Virus record (IMG/VR): IMGVR_UViG_3300031998_000024
Location: 32,001-96,000 of that record
DNA from: a virus
Taxonomy: Duplodnaviria; Caudoviricetes
Length of the DNA stretch: 64,000 bases
Strand: one strand, 5' to 3'
The position numbers and the translations under genes are program-made. This document shows, piece by piece, positions 58,686 through 64,000 of the stretch (positions are counted from its first letter, which is position 1; each line of letters opens with the position of its first letter). The notes under the pieces were generated by a model. It saw only the letters and a list, made by a program, of their open reading frames with translations, did not search any database and was not told the origin of the DNA.

Positions 58686-59757
58686 TGTATTAAAACCACA
58701 TCCGTTATTTATCTTGTTGAATGATATTCATATAGATAAACAGAAGGGTGAATTAGTTAAAGATATTTTCAACCAAGTTATAAAGATAGCACATGAATAT
58801 GATGTGAATTATCTAATGCTTGGCGGGGATGTTTTTACTAATCGCAGTGGACAGCCGCTTGATTGTTTATCCACATTTCAGGATATTCTTGATACATTAT
58901 CGGATAATAATATATTTACTCATGTAATTCCAGGAAATCATGATAAAACTGACCCTGATGATTATAGGAGTTATGTTGATATTTATCGCGGTAATAAGAA
59001 TTTGAGAATACATCGTGAAGGTGTTAGTATGGTTTTAGGAGGTTGTTGTGTTGCTATGATTCCTTATTTTAGCGAAGAAAAATGGTTGGATGAATTTAAT
59101 AGGGTTCAAGGAATTTCTGAAGCGCAATACATAGATGGTGATTTGAGTAAGGATGCTTTTAGTGTTTTGATTACTCATATGGGGTTTGACGGAGTTCGTA
59201 ATAATGATGGAAGTGAAGTTGTTTCTGATTTGAAACCTTCTTTGTTAGATTTTTATGATAAAGTTTTGGTTGGTCATTATCACAACGCTTCTAAGGTAGG
59301 TAAGAATGTTTATTACACAGGAGCCGCTTATCAGAATGATTTTGGAGAAAATGTTGTTGATAAAGGTTGTACTATTGTATATACAGATGGTACTTTGAAA
59401 TTTATTCCTTTGAAATTTCCAAAACACATTAAACATGTAATAGATGTGAATGATTCAGAGACGCTGAGGAATTTACTTGAGAAATATGAGGGTGAAAAGT
59501 ATGATAAAATAAGGTTTATTTTTCAAGGTAAAAAAGTTGATGCGTCGAAAGTGGATTTATCAGCCATTTCAGCGTTAGGGATTCAATGTAGATTTGAAAG
59601 TATTGAAGAAAAAGAGGCGGTTGATAATTCTGTTGATGAAAACGCTTTGAATTATAATAAGCAAAGTATTACAAAGGACTTTTTGAAGTTCTGTTCTGAG
59701 AATCAAATTAAGGGTGCGTTTATGAAATATGGTTTGAATTTAATAAAGAGTATTTAA
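58675..59757 (+). CDS. sbcD: SbcD/Mre11-like nuclease
   Basis: DIH, GGDVF, GNHD, TH, GHYH metallophosphoesterase motifs. Confidence 0.9.
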   Translation: MKSNVLKPHPLFILLNDIHIDKQKGELVKDIFNQVIKIAHEYDVNYLMLGGDVFTNRSGQPLDCLSTFQDILDTLSDNNIFTHVIPGNHDKTDPDDYRSYVDIYRGNKNLRIHREGVSMVLGGCCVAMIPYFSEEKWLDEFNRVQGISEAQYIDGDLSKDAFSVLITHMGFDGVRNNDGSEVVSDLKPSLLDFYDKVLVGHYHNASKVGKNVYYTGAAYQNDFGENVVDKGCTIVYTDGTLKFIPLKFPKHIKHVIDVNDSETLRNLLEKYEGEKYDKIRFIFQGKKVDASKVDLSAISALGIQCRFESIEEKEAVDNSVDENALNYNKQSITKDFLKFCSENQIKGAFMKYGLNLIKSI

Positions 59758-59758
59758 T

Positions 59759-61624
59759 ATGTGGCAACCGAAATATATACAAATGAGAAACCTATTTGCT
59801 CATGTTGATACAAAATACGAATTTAATCAAAATGTGTGTACTGTTATCTTTGGAGAAAATAGGGATGATGACGATTCAGATAATAATGGCGCTGGTAAGA
59901 GTACCATATTTGAAGCAATAGCAATAGCGTTGACTGGTAAATCTTTGCGTGATATTGATAAGGAGGTTTTTATAAATCGTCATAGCGAAAGTTGTGAGGT
60001 TGAAATGTATCTTGAAAATACTGTTTTGAACAGTACGCTTGGGATAGTTAGAAAATTTTATAGGGGTGGAAAATCCGCTAAGGTAGAAGTGTATGAAGAT
60101 GGTGAACAGAATAAACAACTTGTTAGTGTTAATGACGCTAATGCGAGAATCATTGATTTAATAGGGATAACAAGGGATGATTTACTTAGATACTTTATAA
60201 TAAGCCAAGATAATCGTTATCAATTTTTCACAGCTGGCGATGCTGAAAAAAAGGAGGTTTTGAATCGTATTACTAATGCTGATATGATTAAGTCGATTTT
60301 AGATAAATTGAGTAGCGACAAAAAGCGTTTATCTGCTGATGCAAGCGGTTTTCAAACCGATATTGATAAGTACGAAAGTAAGTTGGAGATTTACCAGGAG
60401 CAAAGAAAAGAAGTGTTTGCAAAAGACAATTCCGATGAAATTAGTAAGAAGCAGAAGCGTATAAAAGAATTGAATGATAAGATTAAGGAAAGTGAAAATA
60501 GTATTACCGATGCTGAAAAGAGGTTGGTGAAATTGCGTAGTTCAGATGATTATAAGTTGATTAGTAATGTTAGCGATGTTTCTGAATTAGAGAATAGGCG
60601 CAAAAATATACGCAATAAAATTAAACAATTGGAAAGCGATGAGAGGGAGGCTGAACAAATAATTGCTAATTTGAAACGAGATTTATCAGGTTCAGTAGAA
60701 TGTCCTGAATGCGGTCATGAATTTATTCCTAAGTCGAATTATGATATGTCGATTGATTCGATGAAGGAAACAATCAAAGAAACTGAATTGAGTTTATCTG
60801 ATATAAAATCTCAAATTTCTGTTCAAAATGATAAGTTGAAGAAGGTGAACGAAAAGATTTCAAAATCAGAAAAAGATAGTGAAACAGCAAGTCGTGCTAA
60901 ATCAAAAGAGCGTTCAATTCAAAGAGAGATTGAAGATTATAGAGGCGAAATAAAGAGTTATCAAGGTAGAATCAAAACGCTTCAATCAGAGATTAAGGAT
61001 TTGAAAGAAAACACTGATTCTGCTAAATTGATAAAAGATTACGATGATAAGATTTCCGCTATTGAAAAAGAGATTGCAGAAAAAAGAGAACAAATGACCG
61101 CTGTATCCAATGAATTAGCAATGGTTGATTATTGGATATATTATATGGGAAGAGCAGGATTTCAAACATATTTAGCAAACAGGGCTGTAAAAATAATTGA
61201 AGGAATAACTAATTCATTTTTGAATCGTTTCCATTCCAGTATGACTGTTGAAGTAAATGGTTTTCGTGTGAATAAGGATGGTACAGTTAGGGATAAAATT
61301 GATGTGATGGCTGTATATAAGGGGATGTATGCTCAAAACTTTATGGGGTATTCTGGCGGTGAAAGAAGTCGTATTTATCTTGCGTCAATATTAGGTATTC
61401 AGCATTTAATCAATCTATCTACAAATGGTAAGGGTTTATCATTATTGCTTCTTGATGAATGTCTGAATAATGTAGATTCAAGAGGGGTTGTTAATATATG
61501 TAATATTCTTAACAATTTAGGTGTTACTATATTGATGATTACTCAGAATATTTCCAACGATGTAAATATCAACAATAAGATATTAGTAGTGCGTGAAGAT
61601 GAGGTTGCGAGGATTGAAAATTAA
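59759..61624 (+). CDS. sbcC: SbcC/Rad50-like ATPase
   Basis: NGAGKS, coiled coil with CPEC zinc hook, YSGGE, LLLDE. Confidence 0.92.
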   Translation: MWQPKYIQMRNLFAHVDTKYEFNQNVCTVIFGENRDDDDSDNNGAGKSTIFEAIAIALTGKSLRDIDKEVFINRHSESCEVEMYLENTVLNSTLGIVRKFYRGGKSAKVEVYEDGEQNKQLVSVNDANARIIDLIGITRDDLLRYFIISQDNRYQFFTAGDAEKKEVLNRITNADMIKSILDKLSSDKKRLSADASGFQTDIDKYESKLEIYQEQRKEVFAKDNSDEISKKQKRIKELNDKIKESENSITDAEKRLVKLRSSDDYKLISNVSDVSELENRRKNIRNKIKQLESDEREAEQIIANLKRDLSGSVECPECGHEFIPKSNYDMSIDSMKETIKETELSLSDIKSQISVQNDKLKKVNEKISKSEKDSETASRAKSKERSIQREIEDYRGEIKSYQGRIKTLQSEIKDLKENTDSAKLIKDYDDKISAIEKEIAEKREQMTAVSNELAMVDYWIYYMGRAGFQTYLANRAVKIIEGITNSFLNRFHSSMTVEVNGFRVNKDGTVRDKIDVMAVYKGMYAQNFMGYSGGERSRIYLASILGIQHLINLSTNGKGLSLLLLDECLNNVDSRGVVNICNILNNLGVTILMITQNISNDVNINNKILVVREDEVARIEN

Positions 61625-61672
61625 ACAACGCAAGGTTTTATATAAGCAACGAATTTTGTAAACTATATAAAA

Positions 61673-62170
61673 ATGGAACAGAAAGACAGAGCAAAGTATT
61701 TTAAGCATCATAAGATTATTGGGATTGACCCTGGTGCTACTGGCGGGATTTCGGTTTATTCTTGCGATTTGAAAAGAATAATTGAAGTCACTAAAATGCC
61801 GTCCACTCCGCAAGAGTTATTATCATTTTTGCGGATTTACAAATTTAATTCTGTGTGTTATTTGGAAAAGGTTCAAGGCATACCTGGCGCTGGTGGAGCA
61901 AGTCAAATGTTTAATTTCGGTAGGGGGTTTGGTCAAATTGAAATGGCTTTGATAGCCAATCAAATTCCGTTTACCGAAGTTATGCCTCAGAAATGGCAAA
62001 AAGAATTGCAACTTGGTCATAAGGGTACAAAGACAAAGAGTCAGTGGAAGAACAAATTAAAAGAAAAGGCTCAACAATGTTATCCGTATCTCAAAAAGAT
62101 TACGCTTGATGTTTCTGACAGTTTGCTTATTGTCGAGTACGGCAGACTAATAGAAAGCAATAAGTTATGA
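61673..62170 (+). CDS. RuvC-like Holliday junction resolvase
   Basis: IGIDPG, YLEKV, FNFGRGFG, PQKWQK, DSLLI. Confidence 0.85.
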   Translation: MEQKDRAKYFKHHKIIGIDPGATGGISVYSCDLKRIIEVTKMPSTPQELLSFLRIYKFNSVCYLEKVQGIPGAGGASQMFNFGRGFGQIEMALIANQIPFTEVMPQKWQKELQLGHKGTKTKSQWKNKLKEKAQQCYPYLKKITLDVSDSLLIVEYGRLIESNKL

Positions 62171-62514
62171 ACAGTTATTACATTTGCAAGAATAAGGATT
62201 GTAAAAATTTCAACGAAAAAGATTATATAACTCATGAGATATTTGTTTATGATGTTGTAGAAGGCAGATTGGTTGGTTTGCATCGTAATTGCGAATGTTG
62301 CGGTGAGGTTAGAGAGTATGTAAATCCTGATGCTGATATACCGCTGTCCGAAAAGAATATAACACTTGGTAAATTTTCTTCAGCATCAAAGGAACAAAAA
62401 GCAGCAATGTTGAAAAAGCGTTCTCATGAACATTTTGAAAAACATGTAAAAGAGCGAAAAGATTATTTGATGAACAAGGTTATTGGCGAAATGAAAGATT
62501 TGGGGAAAAAATGA
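62167..62514 (+). CDS. zinc-ribbon hypothetical protein
   Basis: CKNKDC...CECCG. Confidence 0.55.
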   Translation: MNSYYICKNKDCKNFNEKDYITHEIFVYDVVEGRLVGLHRNCECCGEVREYVNPDADIPLSEKNITLGKFSSASKEQKAAMLKKRSHEHFEKHVKERKDYLMNKVIGEMKDLGKK

Positions 62515-62532
62515 CATAAAGCATGCTTACAT

Positions 62533-63165
62533 ATGGTTAGTTTAGAAAGCCACATCTTTAAGAGGGATTTCAAATACAGACAAAAATTCATCAATGTGTG
62601 CATATTGCGGATAAAATTCGGACACCGCAGCATGCGCACAATTCGAGGTTATAAGATGTACATATTTAAGATGATGCACGATATAGTTAAGAAAAATATC
62701 AATAACTATATCAATTTGCTTACTAATGGAACATCTTGTCGTGAAATTCCTACTCATGATGAAATTTTAGCCGATATTTATGTCATGTTTGACCGTTGCA
62801 TTGATAAATTCAATGTGAAGAAGGGTGCTAAATTTTATTATTATTTCAACAAGTCTATTAGCAGAAACCTTTACAGAGAATATCAAAAGATACAAAAGCG
62901 AACAGCAGCGGATATGGATGAGGATGCTTCTCAAATAAATCATGTGAAGTTACAATACCATTCCCATAATTACGATACTGGTTTGTTGATAGATAGACTT
63001 CATTTCAACGACTTGGAAAGAAGGATATTGGAAAGTAGGTTAAGAGGTCAGCGCATCTCAGAGTTTCTAAAAGAGAATCCCGATGTTAATAATATGCAAT
63101 ATACTTTATCAATGAGGCATATTAAGTCGGTGGTTAATGAAGCAAGGGAAAATGGTACTTGGTAA
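62533..63165 (+). CDS. second sigma-like factor
   Basis: DEILADIYVMFDRCIDKFNVKKGAKFYYY (region 2-like); FNDLERRILESRLRG (region 4-like). Confidence 0.6.
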   Translation: MVSLESHIFKRDFKYRQKFINVCILRIKFGHRSMRTIRGYKMYIFKMMHDIVKKNINNYINLLTNGTSCREIPTHDEILADIYVMFDRCIDKFNVKKGAKFYYYFNKSISRNLYREYQKIQKRTAADMDEDASQINHVKLQYHSHNYDTGLLIDRLHFNDLERRILESRLRGQRISEFLKENPDVNNMQYTLSMRHIKSVVNEARENGTW

Positions 63166-63180
63166 TTAAATTAAATAGAT

Positions 63181-63513
63181 ATGGTTGAAAATCTTTATAA
63201 TCAGCATCAAAAGACTATTGAATCATTAGTCAACGAAGGCTATGTTATTTTGCAAGTCTTCAGTAGAGATAATACATGTTTTTATTTTGCTGTTTTTGAT
63301 TTCAAAGAGAGTTTTTCCAATCCTACTGCTGGCGTTGAATTTAATGCTGTGAGAGGTGTGAATATTACCGACTTTTTGAAAAATCAAAGCGGAAATCCAA
63401 ATGCAATTCAACTTATTTCAAAATTCCAACAATTTATGGAAACCGCTAATGTAGTTCGTTGCGAGTTTTCAAATAAGATGGATTGGTTGAAATGGGGAAG
63501 TGCTGCACGATGA
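63181..63513 (+). CDS. hypothetical protein
   Basis: ORF only. Confidence 0.5.
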   Translation: MVENLYNQHQKTIESLVNEGYVILQVFSRDNTCFYFAVFDFKESFSNPTAGVEFNAVRGVNITDFLKNQSGNPNAIQLISKFQQFMETANVVRCEFSNKMDWLKWGSAAR

Positions 63514-64000
63514 CACCGTCACCATATCAATTAGCAATTTACAACGAGTTTAGTAATACTAACAATAACATAACAATATCGGCTGTTGCTGGTAGTGGTA
63601 AAACGACAGTTTTGCTTGAATTGCTTAAACTTGTTCCAAAAGGCAAAACCGCTTTGTTTCTTGCCTTTAATAATTCCATTGTGGATGAATTGAGGGATAG
63701 GATTAAATTGCGGGATGGCGTTGAGGTTATGACTATACATAGTTATGGATGGCGTTCAATTATGTGTCGCTATGGTAGTCGGGTGAAAATGAATCCTAAT
63801 AAGTCGTTAGGTAAGATTGAGCGTGTTTTGAAGAAATACGAAATCAATCAAAAGAAAAAGGGATGGTTTTTCTACATTATACCAAGGATAATTGATTTGT
63901 TGCGTTGTAATCTACTTGATGCTACAGAAGATAACATTAAGAGCGTTGCTGAATATCATGACCTTCTTGTTGGTGAAATTGAAATAAAGGTTGCTATTGA
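63510..64000 (+). CDS. second UvrD/Rep-like SF1 helicase (partial, runs off window; not in ORF track)
   Basis: MTPSPYQLAIY...SAVAGSGKTT...LFLAFNNSIVDEL...MTIHSYG; paralogous to 39306. Confidence 0.85.
   Translation, partial: MTPSPYQLAIYNEFSNTNNNITISAVAGSGKTTVLLELLKLVPKGKTALFLAFNNSIVDELRDRIKLRDGVEVMTIHSYGWRSIMCRYGSRVKMNPNKSLGKIERVLKKYEINQKKKGWFFYIIPRIIDLLRCNLLDATEDNIKSVAEYHDLLVGEIEIKVAI

Noticed and set aside
1-64000. Genome-wide TAG reassignment (code 15) as in some gut phages
   Set aside because: Genes are full length under code 11. Only about five end in TAG, and only the one at 15364 has a convincing extension.
1-64000. Minus-strand and nested alternative-frame ORFs in the track (e.g. 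47834..48415, 48481..48828, 56623..57078)
   Set aside because: Shadows of strong + strand genes, often from low-complexity repeats; no motifs or start context.
1-64000. CRISPR array, tRNA, rRNA, integrase, DGR
   Set aside because: No regularly spaced repeats, cloverleafs, recombinase or reverse transcriptase motifs seen by eye; intergenic spaces are short.

Overview
This 64 kb window is part of a large, AT-rich lytic myovirus genome; every credible gene is on the + strand and translates with standard code 11. The portal, baseplate and hub genes look SPO1/Twort (Herelleviridae)-like. TAnnTTTG promoter elements and SD-less, A-rich start regions point to a Bacteroidota host (inference). Layout: 1-12.6 kb tape-measure end and baseplate; 12.6-38.3 kb head-associated, fibre and lysis genes interleaved with DNA-modification genes; 38.4-64 kb replication and recombination genes (dUTPase, helicases, primase, two sigma-like factors, thymidylate-synthase homologue, split DnaE, SSB, RecA, SbcCD, RuvC-like resolvase). 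Three main candidates for new biology. (1) A family of putative capsid-packaged, protease-matured effector proteins with clustered hydrophobic-x-K-[A/S/G] motifs and two kinds of shared tag module. Their cargoes differ: AEP-like, AAA+, kinase plus ADP-ribosyltransferase-like, and MuF-InPase. (2) A dispersed but apparently co-regulated thymidine hypermodification pathway: dUMP hydroxymethylase-like enzyme, 5-hmdU DNA kinase-family protein, GT-B glycosyltransferase and PIG-L deacetylase. (3) A dnaE gene split just before its catalytic motif, with non-catalytic intein-like appendages and a GH16 gene in the gap. All functional calls come from motif recognition by eye; no database searches were run.
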